DNA of 64,000 nt from Thermoplasmata archaeon (GTDB taxonomy: Archaea; Thermoplasmatota; Thermoplasmata; RBG-16-68-12; JAFNFQ01): positions 324,099 to 388,098 of the forward strand of contig JBGPQV010000001.1 in NCBI GenBank assembly GCA_041489255.1, given 5' to 3'. This document shows positions 9,064-19,378 of this stretch, one piece after another. Made by a program: the position numbers and the translations under genes. The notes beneath the pieces were generated by a model that did not search any database, was not told where the DNA came from, and was given only the letters and a program-made list of their open reading frames with translations. Within the stretch, counting starts at the first letter, position 1. Every line of letters begins with the position of its first letter.

Positions 9064-11151
9064 GTGTCCTTTGAAGAGAACGACGCGAGCGCCCGAGTGC
9101 GACAGGTGACCCGATTGCCCAAGAAGAACCCCTACCAAGTGCCCTGTCCGCTGTGCGGGGAACCCCTTGACCCCGAAGCTGCCAAGTGCAAGAACTGCGG
9201 GGCCTCGGTGCCGAAGCAGACCAGGGAAAGCCTTACCGCCCTGATGGACGGGCTGATGGTCGACGCCCAGAAGGCGCAGCGCCTCTACAACCTGGGCTAC
9301 AGGAAGCCCCAGGAGCTCAGGGGAAAGGACCTCGACGAGGTGCTCTCGCAGGAGCCCAAGCTCTTCCTGTGCCCCTCCTGCGGTGCCTTCGTCCACGAGA
9401 AGGACGAGAAGTGCCAGCGCTGCGGCGCCGAGTTCGGCGGGGACGCGATGGAGATAGAGGACTTCCTCGTGCGGGAGGAGAGGCCATGCCCGCATTGCGG
9501 CGAGCCGATACATGTCGACGCCGCCATGTGTCCCGCCTGCGGCAAGCCGGTGGCCGAGCCCAAGGGCGTCAGCCTCGGCTCGACCTACATGTGCCCGTCG
9601 TGCGGCGTCACCGTCCTCGAGGGGCAGAAAGAGTGCGAGGTCTGCGGCCAGAACCTTTCGGCGACGGCCCTGATAGCGAGCAAGGCAATGGAAATCGAGG
9701 CGAAAGCCTGCCCCAAGTGCGGCGGGACACTCGACCCCGAGACAGGCATCTGCCCGTTCTGCTCGAAGGAGGAGAAAGACGAAGAGGGCATGGAGGAGAT
9801 AGACCAGTTCCTCGAGCACCTGTCAGCGCTGCCCGCGGGGAAGGGCGGCCCCAAGCCAAAGGAAGCCCCCCCACCAACGGCCAGGAAGCCCTCGATGGAG
9901 GAAATTGAGGAGCTTATAGCCCCTTACAAGGCGCCGGAGCCTGAGAAACCGCCAGAGGAGGAGATCAAAGCGGAGGCGGCGCTTGAGGAGCTGGAGGTCG
10001 AGGTCAAGTCCCTCCCCAAGGTGAAACTGCTCAAGCCGTCCTACTCGAAGCTCGTGCGGGCCCCTGCGGCATCCAGGGCCGTGATGGAATCACGCGGCAT
10101 ACTCGCCGCCGCCGAGTTCATGCTCTACGCGACTGCCGTCGCCTTGTCACTGCAGTACTTCGCATCGAAGACCGGCAGCGCGGCCCTCGAATGGGCGCTG
10201 TTCATCTTCTTCGGTGCGGCCAGCGGGGCCGCGCTCGGCGCCACGGCCCTTCTTGTAGCGGACATCAGGAGAGCGATTTCCCGCTCCTTGCTTCCCCTCC
10301 TTGGAACCTTCGTGCTCCTCTCGGTGCCCCTGCACTGGTACGGCGGTGTCCCCGTTCCCTCCTACGCCGACCTTGCGTTGACCGTGGCGGGAATGGCCCT
10401 CTTCATGCCGACGGTCCTGCGGAGGCGGGGCAGGTTCGGGTGGCTCGGCGCGTGGTCCGGCGGCTCCGTAGTCGCGATGACCCTGACCCCCGCATACTCG
10501 CTGTCCGTTAATCTTGGCGGGGACCTCGTCAGCTCAGTGCTCTGGGTCTCCTCCGCCGTGCTCGTGTTCACTGGCGTGGCGATTGCGATCGAGGTTCGCC
10601 GGTCGCATCGCAGCATTGAGGTGAACCTCCGCCAGGGCGAGGAGGACTTCAGGAGACGGGACTTCACCAAGTCTGTCGAGGACTACGACAAGGCCATCGA
10701 GATCGCAAGGAGGAGCGGGGAGGACAGCGTCGCGACGCCCTGGTACAGCAAGGGCGCGGCCCTGGTCGTCATGGGCCGATACGAGGAGGCGCTCAAGGCG
10801 ATCGACGAGGCCCTCAGAATCAACCCCAACAACGAGGTCGCCTGGGTCAACAAGGGCAACGCGCTCTCGCGCATGAACGACTATAGGGGAGCGCTCAAGG
10901 CCTTCAACGCGGCTCTGAGAGTCAACCCCCGCTACGAGGTCGCCTGGAACAACAAGGGCAACACCCTCGCCCGCCTCGGCAGGTACACGGAGGCCCTCAA
11001 GTGCTACGAGCTGGCGATCCAGATCGACTCAAAGTACAGGGGGGCCTGGGTCAACAAGGGCTACGTGCTCGCGAAGATGGGCGAGTACGACGAAGCGGCG
11101 AAATGCGCGGAAACCGTGATGAAACTGAGCGGAGTATCGGTGCCGGCGTAG
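9064..11151 (+). CDS. Multi-zinc-ribbon / membrane / TPR protein
   Basis: Ten CxxC pairs, a Pro/Glu-rich linker, about 6 TM helices and C-terminal TPRs (AW.NKG..L). Confidence 0.85.
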   Translation: MSFEENDASARVRQVTRLPKKNPYQVPCPLCGEPLDPEAAKCKNCGASVPKQTRESLTALMDGLMVDAQKAQRLYNLGYRKPQELRGKDLDEVLSQEPKLFLCPSCGAFVHEKDEKCQRCGAEFGGDAMEIEDFLVREERPCPHCGEPIHVDAAMCPACGKPVAEPKGVSLGSTYMCPSCGVTVLEGQKECEVCGQNLSATALIASKAMEIEAKACPKCGGTLDPETGICPFCSKEEKDEEGMEEIDQFLEHLSALPAGKGGPKPKEAPPPTARKPSMEEIEELIAPYKAPEPEKPPEEEIKAEAALEELEVEVKSLPKVKLLKPSYSKLVRAPAASRAVMESRGILAAAEFMLYATAVALSLQYFASKTGSAALEWALFIFFGAASGAALGATALLVADIRRAISRSLLPLLGTFVLLSVPLHWYGGVPVPSYADLALTVAGMALFMPTVLRRRGRFGWLGAWSGGSVVAMTLTPAYSLSVNLGGDLVSSVLWVSSAVLVFTGVAIAIEVRRSHRSIEVNLRQGEEDFRRRDFTKSVEDYDKAIEIARRSGEDSVATPWYSKGAALVVMGRYEEALKAIDEALRINPNNEVAWVNKGNALSRMNDYRGALKAFNAALRVNPRYEVAWNNKGNTLARLGRYTEALKCYELAIQIDSKYRGAWVNKGYVLAKMGEYDEAAKCAETVMKLSGVSVPA

Positions 11152-11255
11152 GCAATCGGCGTCTCAATTCGAAGACTTTACCATACAAACTATAAGCCCT
11201 CGGAGACCATTAGTATACAGACAGGAAAGCTGGACGGGCGAGTACCTTTCTAGCC

Positions 11256-13775
11256 ATGGGAGAACGGCTTGCCGCCCGCCCGCTGACTCTTAAAGGGGAG
11301 AAGGCCCTGAGGCACACAGGTGGTCGACAGAGAGACGGCGTCAGAGGAGCGGTTCCCCTACTCGCCGTCCTGCTCGTTGCCATTGCCGTCTCTACCCTCC
11401 TCGACGCGCCGAGCGCCCGGGCCTTCCCCCAAACCACGACTCGAGACGGATACTTCGCCAGTGCCGGCTTTGGGGATATGGCGGTGGTCGATGTCAACGG
11501 CGATGGCCACAAGGACATCGTGCTGTCGAATCGCGCCGCGCCTGACGGGAACGGGACATTCACCGTATGGCTCTACAACCCTACCTTGAATGGATATGGG
11601 AATGTCCCGGATGCGGTAGTCAAGGTTCCACGGCATCTGCGGATGATCGTAGATGACCTAAACAATGACAATCGCCTCGATGTTGTCATCCTGACAGAGC
11701 AGCCCACCACGATTTGTAGCGTCGGTCCTCTCGTGTGGGCCACGGTGTGCGTCTACATACAGCCTCTGACGGGGTTCCGGTTTGTGCGCGACGCGACTGC
11801 CATGATTCGAGCTCCCGGCGCGATTGACATCGCAGCAGGCGCTCTGAGAGGAACCGCCGCAGGGAAGGATATCGCTGTACTATATCCCGACAGGGCCACA
11901 GTCTACAACGCCATCGGCGCTCCCCCCTATTACCCAACATCCGCCGACAAGACAATCACAAATTCATCAGGCTACACCAGGATAATGGCCGATGATGTGA
12001 ACGATGACGCGTTTGACGACCTTGCGCTCGCCAATCCGAACGAGGTCAAGATCCTATTCGGGACACCCAGCGGCATAGTCGACTGCGATGAGATCAACTG
12101 CAGAGCCTACCCGGTTCCGGGCAGCCAGACAGGCAATGTGTCGATCGTGGTCGCAGACGTTCTCGGGGATTCCAGGCCAGACATCGCCATGGTTGTGTCA
12201 AACAGCTCGAAGTCCACCGGGACAATCGTCATCCTTGAGCGGGTTGACCCCCCGCTGGCATGGAATTTCACCGAGAGATTCAGAAGGACTGCAACGGATT
12301 TCACCGACCAGCTGACCTTCGGCGACTTCAACGCAGACGGAGCGAACGACATGGCGGTGGTCCTCTATTCGAGAGGAGATGTCGCCGTCTATTACCGGAA
12401 TCCGAGCGGGACGTTCGACGGCACATTCGAATTCCTACTCAGCGGTACGAACGCCTCCGGCAAGAACGAGAAGATTGGCCACGGGGACTTCAACGATGAT
12501 GGATTGGAGGATATCGCGCTCAGGTCACCCGACTCGGTTTCCTTCTTCCTGCAGCAGGATGCCGAAGTCCAGAAGTGGATACCGGGAGCGTGTCCCGACG
12601 ACTGTCCTCGTTTCAACCAAGGAGGGTCGGGAGACAGTCTGATCAACCTGTCAGACTACTTCATGGATGACCATGGACCTATCATCTATTCGATTTCGCA
12701 ATCGTCGCCGGATATAGTTGCGAGCCGGGACGGGACGTATCTGGACTTCACGGTCGTGACTCAAGGCTGGACCGGGGTCATGAGATTCAATGTGTCGGCG
12801 AACGACCTTTATCCGGGACATCAAGCCGCCGTGAGTCAGTTCGAGGTCATGGTCAACGGTGTCCCCGTGATCACCAGCACGCCGCCGGCGCAGGTCACCC
12901 TTGGGGGGGAGTACGATTACCTGCCTGTGATATACGACCCATCCGCCGTTCCCGGCTATAGCGACTCGCATACGTTCACCACGCTCGGCGTCACGCCGCC
13001 CGGTCTGTCCCTCGATGTCAACTCCGGGCTGGTGCGATGGCGGCCGTCTGTCACAGGCGACTTCACGATCACGATACAAGCAACCGACAACTACGGCGCC
13101 AAGTCAGCCCCACAGACCTTCACCATAACCGTCGTCCAAAAGCCCAACGAGCCGCCCTCCGGCCCACTTGGCATACCTCTCCCGAACGACACCAACGGGA
13201 TGATTGTACTCATGGCAATACTGGGCGCCATCCTCCTCATCTCTTCGATCTTGGCGGTGAACGAGAACGCCAAGTACGGCTTCCTCCTCATGCTCCTTCC
13301 CCTCTACAGCAAGATCAAGCGGGAGAAGGTCCTCGACCACTTCATCCGCGGTCAGATCTTCGGCTACGTCATGGCGAACCCGGGGGAGCACTACAACGCA
13401 ATCAAGCAGGCGCTGGACATAACGAACGGCTCGCTCGCGCACCACCTCAGGACGCTCGAGAGAGAGCACTTCGTCCAGAGCAAGAGGTTCGGCCTCTACC
13501 GCAGGTTCTACCCCTGGGCAATGCGCGTGCCCGAGGACGGCTACTTCCGTATGAACGAGATACAGAAGAGCATCCTCGCCCTGTGCAGGAACCAGCCTGG
13601 CGTGTCGCAGAAGGAGCTCGCTGGCTCGCTCAACCTCACGCCCCCGACAATCAACTATCACATCGCGATCCTGGCAGAGCATGGCCACGTCTCGGTGATA
13701 CGCCGGGGAAGGAAGACCCAAATCTACGTCCTCAAGGGGGCTGAAGATGAAGCTCATCGACAAGTACCCCATTGA
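11256..13775 (+). CDS. Secreted FG-GAP/VCBS repeats + Ig-like domains + TM + cytoplasmic tandem winged-HTH (COG3398-like)
   Basis: Signal peptide; DVNGDGHKDI/DFNADGANDM-type repeats; PVITSTP...PPGLSLD..SGLV.W.P Ig module; TM; RGQIFGYV.ANPG.HYN.I...L..HL..LE; second HTH. True start is probably downstream of 11256. Confidence 0.85.
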   Translation: MGERLAARPLTLKGEKALRHTGGRQRDGVRGAVPLLAVLLVAIAVSTLLDAPSARAFPQTTTRDGYFASAGFGDMAVVDVNGDGHKDIVLSNRAAPDGNGTFTVWLYNPTLNGYGNVPDAVVKVPRHLRMIVDDLNNDNRLDVVILTEQPTTICSVGPLVWATVCVYIQPLTGFRFVRDATAMIRAPGAIDIAAGALRGTAAGKDIAVLYPDRATVYNAIGAPPYYPTSADKTITNSSGYTRIMADDVNDDAFDDLALANPNEVKILFGTPSGIVDCDEINCRAYPVPGSQTGNVSIVVADVLGDSRPDIAMVVSNSSKSTGTIVILERVDPPLAWNFTERFRRTATDFTDQLTFGDFNADGANDMAVVLYSRGDVAVYYRNPSGTFDGTFEFLLSGTNASGKNEKIGHGDFNDDGLEDIALRSPDSVSFFLQQDAEVQKWIPGACPDDCPRFNQGGSGDSLINLSDYFMDDHGPIIYSISQSSPDIVASRDGTYLDFTVVTQGWTGVMRFNVSANDLYPGHQAAVSQFEVMVNGVPVITSTPPAQVTLGGEYDYLPVIYDPSAVPGYSDSHTFTTLGVTPPGLSLDVNSGLVRWRPSVTGDFTITIQATDNYGAKSAPQTFTITVVQKPNEPPSGPLGIPLPNDTNGMIVLMAILGAILLISSILAVNENAKYGFLLMLLPLYSKIKREKVLDHFIRGQIFGYVMANPGEHYNAIKQALDITNGSLAHHLRTLEREHFVQSKRFGLYRRFYPWAMRVPEDGYFRMNEIQKSILALCRNQPGVSQKELAGSLNLTPPTINYHIAILAEHGHVSVIRRGRKTQIYVLKGAEDEAHRQVPH

Positions 13776-13968
13776 GAGGATGAAGGACAAGGCGGTCAGG
13801 CTCAGCTTCCAGTGCCCCTACTGCAAGTCCTGGCGGATAGAGATGAACCGCCCCGAGGACATGAGCTTCTTCACGGGAGTGCAGTGCGTCAAGTGCAAGA
13901 CCCTCGTGCTGCTGGACAGCTTGAGCGTCGTTGTCGTCCGAGAAGGCCTGATGGAAGAGGCGCACTGA
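13747..13968 (+). CDS. Small zinc-finger protein
   Basis: CPYC...CVKC; overlaps the end of the upstream gene; host-like codon usage. Confidence 0.65.
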   Translation: MKLIDKYPIERMKDKAVRLSFQCPYCKSWRIEMNRPEDMSFFTGVQCVKCKTLVLLDSLSVVVVREGLMEEAH

Positions 13969-15183
13969 TCAGTCTGCGAGCATCATCGCCGCGAACACCT
14001 TTGCGTCCGCCACGAGGTTGTCGATCTTGACGTGCTCCTTCGTCGAGTGCGCGGTCTCGTCGCCCGTCGCCCACACCACCGAGTCCGCACCCGCCCGCCT
14101 GAAGTAGGCTGCCACGGTCCCGCCGCCGATGCCGACCACCTTCGGCTCGACCTTCCTGACCGTCCTGAGCGCCTTCCCCAGTGCCGCCACGAGCGGCGAG
14201 TTCACCGATGTCGGGGGGCTCGACTCATTCTGGACGATGCCCAGGTCGACCTTCACCTTGTGAGCCTTCTTGACCGCGTTGACCTGCTGGCGGACCGTGG
14301 CCAGGACGTCGTTGTTCCTGTAGCGGGGCAGGATGCGGCAATCGAAGAAGAACACGTCCTCGCCGGGGATCGTGTTCACGTTCGGCACGTTCGATTCCTT
14401 CTTCGTAGGCTCGAACGTGGAGACTGGCGGGACGAATATCGAGTCCTTCCCGCCGAACCTCTGATGCAGCGCCTTGTCGAGGCGTCCGATGAGGTCCGCG
14501 CCCGCCCTGTGAGCGTTGATGCCTTTATCCGGCCTCGAACCGTGTTCCTGCTTCCCGTGGATCGTGAACTTCAGCCAGAGGATGTTCTTCTCCGCCACCT
14601 CGATCTCGGCGCCCTTGGCGGTGCCCCAGTCGGGGCAGACCAGCCAGTCGCCCTTCTTCACCATCCCTTCTCGGATTATATGCTGCGCGCCGTAGTAGCT
14701 GCCGGTCTCCTCGTCGGCCACCCAGGCGACCGCAACCGGCCTCGGCGGCTCGATCATGCAGTCCTTCAGGGCCTTGAGCGCGAACAGCGACGCCACACAT
14801 GCCTGGCCGTTGTCCTCCACCCCCCGCCCGTAGATCTTTCCGTCCTTGACCACGGGATCGAAAGGGTCATGGGGCCATTCCTTGAGGTTGCCAGGCGGAA
14901 CCACGTCGACGTGTGAGAGTATCCAGAGGCGCTGCTTGCCCTCGCCCCTGCGGACGATGAGGTTCGGCCTGATTCCAGACGGTACCCTTTCGTCCTTCGC
15001 GTCGCACCTCTCCACCCCGAACCCGTAGAGGAGAAGCTTGCGCTGCAGCCACTCCGTCTTCTTGAGCTCCCCCTCCCCGCCAGAGCCGGGGTCGAGGGCC
15101 GGAATCCTGCAAAACTCGACGAGTGTCTGGACCATCTCATCGCGGTAGCCGTCGATCGCCGAAAGGACCGCCTTCAGTTCCAT
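13969..15183 (-). CDS. M20 family metallohydrolase (ArgE/DapE-like)
   Basis: SHVDVVPPG, GRGVEDNG, ADEETGS, HGSRP, NTIPG, C-terminal AH. Confidence 0.92.
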   Translation of the reverse strand: MELKAVLSAIDGYRDEMVQTLVEFCRIPALDPGSGGEGELKKTEWLQRKLLLYGFGVERCDAKDERVPSGIRPNLIVRRGEGKQRLWILSHVDVVPPGNLKEWPHDPFDPVVKDGKIYGRGVEDNGQACVASLFALKALKDCMIEPPRPVAVAWVADEETGSYYGAQHIIREGMVKKGDWLVCPDWGTAKGAEIEVAEKNILWLKFTIHGKQEHGSRPDKGINAHRAGADLIGRLDKALHQRFGGKDSIFVPPVSTFEPTKKESNVPNVNTIPGEDVFFFDCRILPRYRNNDVLATVRQQVNAVKKAHKVKVDLGIVQNESSPPTSVNSPLVAALGKALRTVRKVEPKVVGIGGGTVAAYFRRAGADSVVWATGDETAHSTKEHVKIDNLVADAKVFAAMMLAD

Positions 15184-15302
15184 GCGGCCGGGATGCGGGA
15201 TTCGGACGATAAGCGTTTTGCAGTCGACATGGCGGGAAAGGTGACTCCCGCAGTTTCCGTCAAAAAGCTTATCACCGGCCCATCGCTTACACCGCTGGAT
15301 AT

Positions 15303-15662
15303 ATGGCAGACATAGCCGCCCTCGAACAGATTCTGAACGAGCTCGAACAGGTCGACGGCATCACGAACGCGGTCCTCGTGTCGAGGAGCGGGATGCACAT
15401 AGCCGGCAAGGTGCCCGAGGGCGCGCATCCGGAGACTTTCGTCGCGATGTTCGCGATCCTCCTGGGTGCCGCCGAGACAGCGACCTCGGAACTGAGGGAC
15501 GAATTGGGGTCGGTGGTGCTGAACCTCGGCAACAGCAAGATGGCCATAATCAACGATGGCCCCAAGGCGCTCTTCGTCCTGCGACTCAAGAAAGACGCGA
15601 ATCTAGAGATGGTCGTGAGGGAAGTCGCAGTCTTCTCCAAGAAGATGGAGGAGTACCTCTAG
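15303..15662 (+). CDS. Roadblock/LC7 (MglB-like) protein
   Basis: GI..AVLVSRSG..IA, FVAM.A.LLGAAE.A..EL pattern; 119 aa. Confidence 0.88.
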   Translation: MADIAALEQILNELEQVDGITNAVLVSRSGMHIAGKVPEGAHPETFVAMFAILLGAAETATSELRDELGSVVLNLGNSKMAIINDGPKALFVLRLKKDANLEMVVREVAVFSKKMEEYL

Positions 15663-15676
15663 TCGGCGGGCGAGCC

Positions 15677-16345
15677 TCAGATCCTTCTGAACCCTCTGCC
15701 CATCCACTCCACAACCGATTTGGGCACGTACCTCATTGTCGCCCTCAGGCCCCTGTTCACTCCCGCAACATCGGTGCGCCTGCCCGCCAGAGATTGGAGG
15801 ATGTCGTCCTCCTTCTGGAGCCTCTCTTCCAGCACGGTCACCGCCCTACCGATCTCGTCGATGAAATGTCCGTCGCTCCCGCCGGTCCGGCCTTTCCCGG
15901 CCTGCGCGGCCAGGTCAGTCGCCCGCCCGTTCCCCCGCCTCGACGTCCTCGCATTCTGGACCTCGTAAACCGCGAATGGGGTGTCCAAGGTGACTCTCTC
16001 CCCGAGCCCGGACCAGAACCTGTAGGGATGCGCCGCCACCGCCACGCCGCCCTGAGCCGCGATCCGCTCGACGGTCTCCTGGGGCGTCAGGTCCCTCGGG
16101 ATCAGCTCCTTCACGCCATAGCCGAGGATGTGCCCCTCCGTCGTCGAGACCTCGATCGCCCCGAGGACAACGAACCCCTCGAACTCCTTCGCGAACTCCC
16201 TCGCGTCCTTCACTCCCGCAATCGCGTTGTGGTCGGTGAGGGCGATGCCGTCGAGGCCGAGCGACCTCGCCTGCCTGACGATGTCCCTCGGGTCGAGCCT
16301 TGAGTCGGGGGAGTGGCGCGAGTGGGTGTGAAGGTCCAGCCGCAT
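15677..16345 (-). CDS. PHP-family metal-dependent phosphoesterase
   Basis: DLHTHS..S.D, ALTDHN, GH, AHPY, GGSDGH. Confidence 0.92.
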   Translation of the reverse strand: MRLDLHTHSRHSPDSRLDPRDIVRQARSLGLDGIALTDHNAIAGVKDAREFAKEFEGFVVLGAIEVSTTEGHILGYGVKELIPRDLTPQETVERIAAQGGVAVAAHPYRFWSGLGERVTLDTPFAVYEVQNARTSRRGNGRATDLAAQAGKGRTGGSDGHFIDEIGRAVTVLEERLQKEDDILQSLAGRRTDVAGVNRGLRATMRYVPKSVVEWMGRGFRRI

Positions 16346-16346
16346 C

Positions 16347-18485
16347 CTATCTTACCGCCGCGCCTTCTTGGATGCCTTTGTCGGCGAGCACGTGCTTCCC
16401 TCCCGCCATCAGGGGCACCCTGAGCTTCCCCGCGCTCCCGTGGAAGTACGCCCTGTGCTCCGCTCCCACAGCGAACTTGAACTTCTGGAAATCTTCGAAG
16501 CCAATCATCGAGGCGCCCTTCTTCCCGAGCAACTGGCTCCCGAGAGGGACGTCGCCTGGCGGGATAAGTATGGCGACATCGGCGGGGCCCTCCGCTGCCA
16601 GGAGCATGCCATTGGACTCTATCCCCCGCAACTTGGCGGGCTGGAGGTTGCACAGTACCGCGATGCGCTTCCCCGCGATCTCCTCTTTCTTGTAGTTCTG
16701 CCTGATCCCCGCCACGAGCTGTCTTTTCTCGTCCCCGAGGTCGACCTGCAGCACATACAGCTTGTCCCCGCGCGGATGGTCTTTCACGTCGACTATCCGA
16801 CCGACCCTGATGTCGAACAGGTCAGCCTCCCCTCCGGATGCAACCTGCACCTCCTCAATCTTGCTGAAGAGGGGCTTGCCTACGCGGAGCTTCTGGCCCG
16901 CCGGAATGTCCTCGAGCGCCTCGGTCCATCTCTGCTCGCTCACGTTCGAGTCGTACCCGAGCATGTTCCAGAGCCTCTGCGATGAGAAAGGCAGGAAAGG
17001 CGCCATGATCACCGCGAGCGCCCTGCTCGTCCTCACCGCGACGTGGATGGCGGTCCCGCAGGCGGCCTTGTCCGTCCTCACCGAGTCCCAGGGCGCCTTC
17101 TGGTCGAAGTACTGGTTGCCCAGGCGGGCGAGTTGGATCGCTTCCCTCAGTGCGTCCTTGAAGTGGACGAAATCCAGGTTCTGCCCGACCTTCTTCCATT
17201 GCTCCTCGATGTTCCTGATCATCGCCTTGTCCGCGCCGTCGGGGAAGCCCGCCGCCGGCACGGCGCCGTCGAAGTTCTTCGACGCGAACGTCAGCGCGCG
17301 GTGCACGAAGTTGCCGTAGACCGCCAGGAGCTCCGAGTTGTTCTTCGCCGCAAGATCCTCGAAAGTGAATTCCGCGTCCCTCATCTCCGGCATCGTCGCG
17401 GTCGCATAGTACCTGAGCGCGTCGGGATCGTACCTCTCAAGGAGCTCCGGCAACCACACGCCGACCCCCCGCCCTGACGACATCTTCGCCCCGCCGGTGT
17501 TCAGGAACTGGTTGGCGGGGACATCGTACGGCAGGTCCAGCTTCTCGTCGTAACCCATGAGGATGGACGGCCAAATGATCGTGTGGAACGGTATGTTATC
17601 CTTGCCGACGAAGTAGTAGTGCTTGGCTTTCGGGTCGTACCACCAGTCCTTCCACTTCTCAGGTTCACCTCTCCTCCTCGCCCATTCGATGCTGGTGGAA
17701 AGATAGCCTATCACCGCCTCGAACCAGACGTAGATCCGCTTGGTCTCGTAGCCAAGCAGAGGTATCTCCACACCCCATTCGATGTCCCTGGTGACCGCCC
17801 TGTCCAGCAGCCCCTCCCTCATGTAGCCCATGGTGAACGCGAGGACGTGCTGCCGCCAGTAGCTCTTGTCCTTGAGGTAGTCGCGCAGCCTCTGCTCGAA
17901 ACCACTGAGGCGGAAGAAGAAGTGGTTGGTCTCACGCTTGACCGGCGTGGTCCCGCATATCTTGCACCTCGGGCTCTCCAGGTCGAAGGGGTCGAGGATG
18001 TGCCCGCAGTTGTCGCACTGGTCCCCCCTCGCCTTGTCGAACCTGCAGTTGGGGCAAGTGCCCTCGACGTACCTGTCTGGCAGGAATCGATCGCACTTGG
18101 GGCAGTAGGGCGACTCCATCGTTTTCTCGAATATCTTCGCGTCCCTGTACAGCTTGAGGAAGATGTCCTGGACGACCTTCTTGTGGTTCTGCTCCGAGGT
18201 TTTCCAGTAGAGGTCGCACGATATGCCTAGCTTCTCGAAGTTGCTCGAGTGCAGCTGGTGGAACCTCTCCGCGACCTCGGCTGGGGTCTTGCCCTCTTGC
18301 TCCGCGCGGAGCGTCGTCGGCGTGCCGTGCTGATCGCTGCCGCTGACCATCAGGACTTCGTCGCCCTTCATGCGGTGATATCTCGCGAATATGTCCGCTG
18401 GCAGTTGGGCTCCGGCCATATGGCCGATGTGCCTCGGTCCTGAGGAATACGGCCACGCGATACCGATGAATATCTTCTCTGGCAT
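16347..18485 (-). CDS. metG: Methionyl-tRNA synthetase with C-terminal tRNA-binding domain
   Basis: AWPY..GPRHIGH, zinc knuckles, YVWFEA, GKDNIPFH, KMSSG, Trbp111-like C-terminus; start at MPEKIFIG. Confidence 0.97.
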   Translation of the reverse strand: MPEKIFIGIAWPYSSGPRHIGHMAGAQLPADIFARYHRMKGDEVLMVSGSDQHGTPTTLRAEQEGKTPAEVAERFHQLHSSNFEKLGISCDLYWKTSEQNHKKVVQDIFLKLYRDAKIFEKTMESPYCPKCDRFLPDRYVEGTCPNCRFDKARGDQCDNCGHILDPFDLESPRCKICGTTPVKRETNHFFFRLSGFEQRLRDYLKDKSYWRQHVLAFTMGYMREGLLDRAVTRDIEWGVEIPLLGYETKRIYVWFEAVIGYLSTSIEWARRRGEPEKWKDWWYDPKAKHYYFVGKDNIPFHTIIWPSILMGYDEKLDLPYDVPANQFLNTGGAKMSSGRGVGVWLPELLERYDPDALRYYATATMPEMRDAEFTFEDLAAKNNSELLAVYGNFVHRALTFASKNFDGAVPAAGFPDGADKAMIRNIEEQWKKVGQNLDFVHFKDALREAIQLARLGNQYFDQKAPWDSVRTDKAACGTAIHVAVRTSRALAVIMAPFLPFSSQRLWNMLGYDSNVSEQRWTEALEDIPAGQKLRVGKPLFSKIEEVQVASGGEADLFDIRVGRIVDVKDHPRGDKLYVLQVDLGDEKRQLVAGIRQNYKKEEIAGKRIAVLCNLQPAKLRGIESNGMLLAAEGPADVAILIPPGDVPLGSQLLGKKGASMIGFEDFQKFKFAVGAEHRAYFHGSAGKLRVPLMAGGKHVLADKGIQEGAAVR

Positions 18486-18690
18486 CTGGAATTGCAAGAA
18501 GGTAGAGAGCGACTTAAAGGATGCGGTATGGCCCCGGGACTGCGCGCGTTTCAATATCACGGCGGTTGCATGAAGTATTGACCTCGGACAACCGCCTCGA
18601 TACGGCCACAAGTGGCCTCGAAGGATGACTTGCGAGCCCAATGACAGTTCGAATCACAGGTGAGGTTGACATTGATGACGAGGGACCGCC

Positions 18691-19377
18691 CTACCCAGAC
18701 TTTGTCTCGCCCGTTATCTTCCCGTCCTCGATCTGGAGGACCCTATGGGCTATGTGCGCGACTCTCTGGTCATGCGTCACGACCACCAGCGTCTTCTTGA
18801 GCTCCTGATTAAGGCGCCTCATCAGATCCAAGACTTCTTGTCCCGTCTTCGTGTCGAGCTCGCCGGTTGGCTCGTCGGCGAGTATTAATGGCGGGTCGTT
18901 GGCCAGCGCCACGGCGATTGCTATGCGTTGCTGTTCCCCGCCACTGAGCTCGTCGGGGCGGTGATTCGCGCGCTTCTTCATGTCCACGAGCGAGAGGAGT
19001 TCACCGGTGCGGCTCTCGCGCTTCCCGCCATCCAACCCCGCGAGGCGCATCGGGAGCTGGATATTCTCCTCGGCGCTCAGGGTCGGCACCAGGTTGAAGA
19101 ACTGAAACACGAAGCCGACTGCGTCGCGACGGTGGCGGACCAGATCCGCATCGCTTAAATCTGGCAGGTTTACCCCGTCGACCTCAAGCCGACCGGCGGT
19201 CGGCCTGTCTATGCCGCCGATCAGATTCAGCAATGTCGTCTTCCCGCACCCGGAGGGCCCCTGCACCGCCACCAGCTCTCCATTCTCGATATCCATGTCG
19301 AGACCCCTGAGGGCGATCACTTCCGACTTTCCCATTTTGTAGACCTTGATGAGGTCCTTCGTCATGATGCGAGGCAT
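18691..19377 (-). CDS. LolD/MacB-type ABC ATPase
   Basis: [30 protein letters not shown]. Confidence 0.95.
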   Translation of the reverse strand: MPRIMTKDLIKVYKMGKSEVIALRGLDMDIENGELVAVQGPSGCGKTTLLNLIGGIDRPTAGRLEVDGVNLPDLSDADLVRHRRDAVGFVFQFFNLVPTLSAEENIQLPMRLAGLDGGKRESRTGELLSLVDMKKRANHRPDELSGGEQQRIAIAVALANDPPLILADEPTGELDTKTGQEVLDLMRRLNQELKKTLVVVTHDQRVAHIAHRVLQIEDGKITGETKSG

Positions 19378-19378
19378 G

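Noticed and set aside
18561-18617. Two small hairpins (GGCGGTTG/CAACCGCC; GGCCAC/GTGGCC) between metG and the ABC ATPase
   Set aside because: Short stems are expected by chance at this GC content; no riboswitch or sRNA motif recognised.
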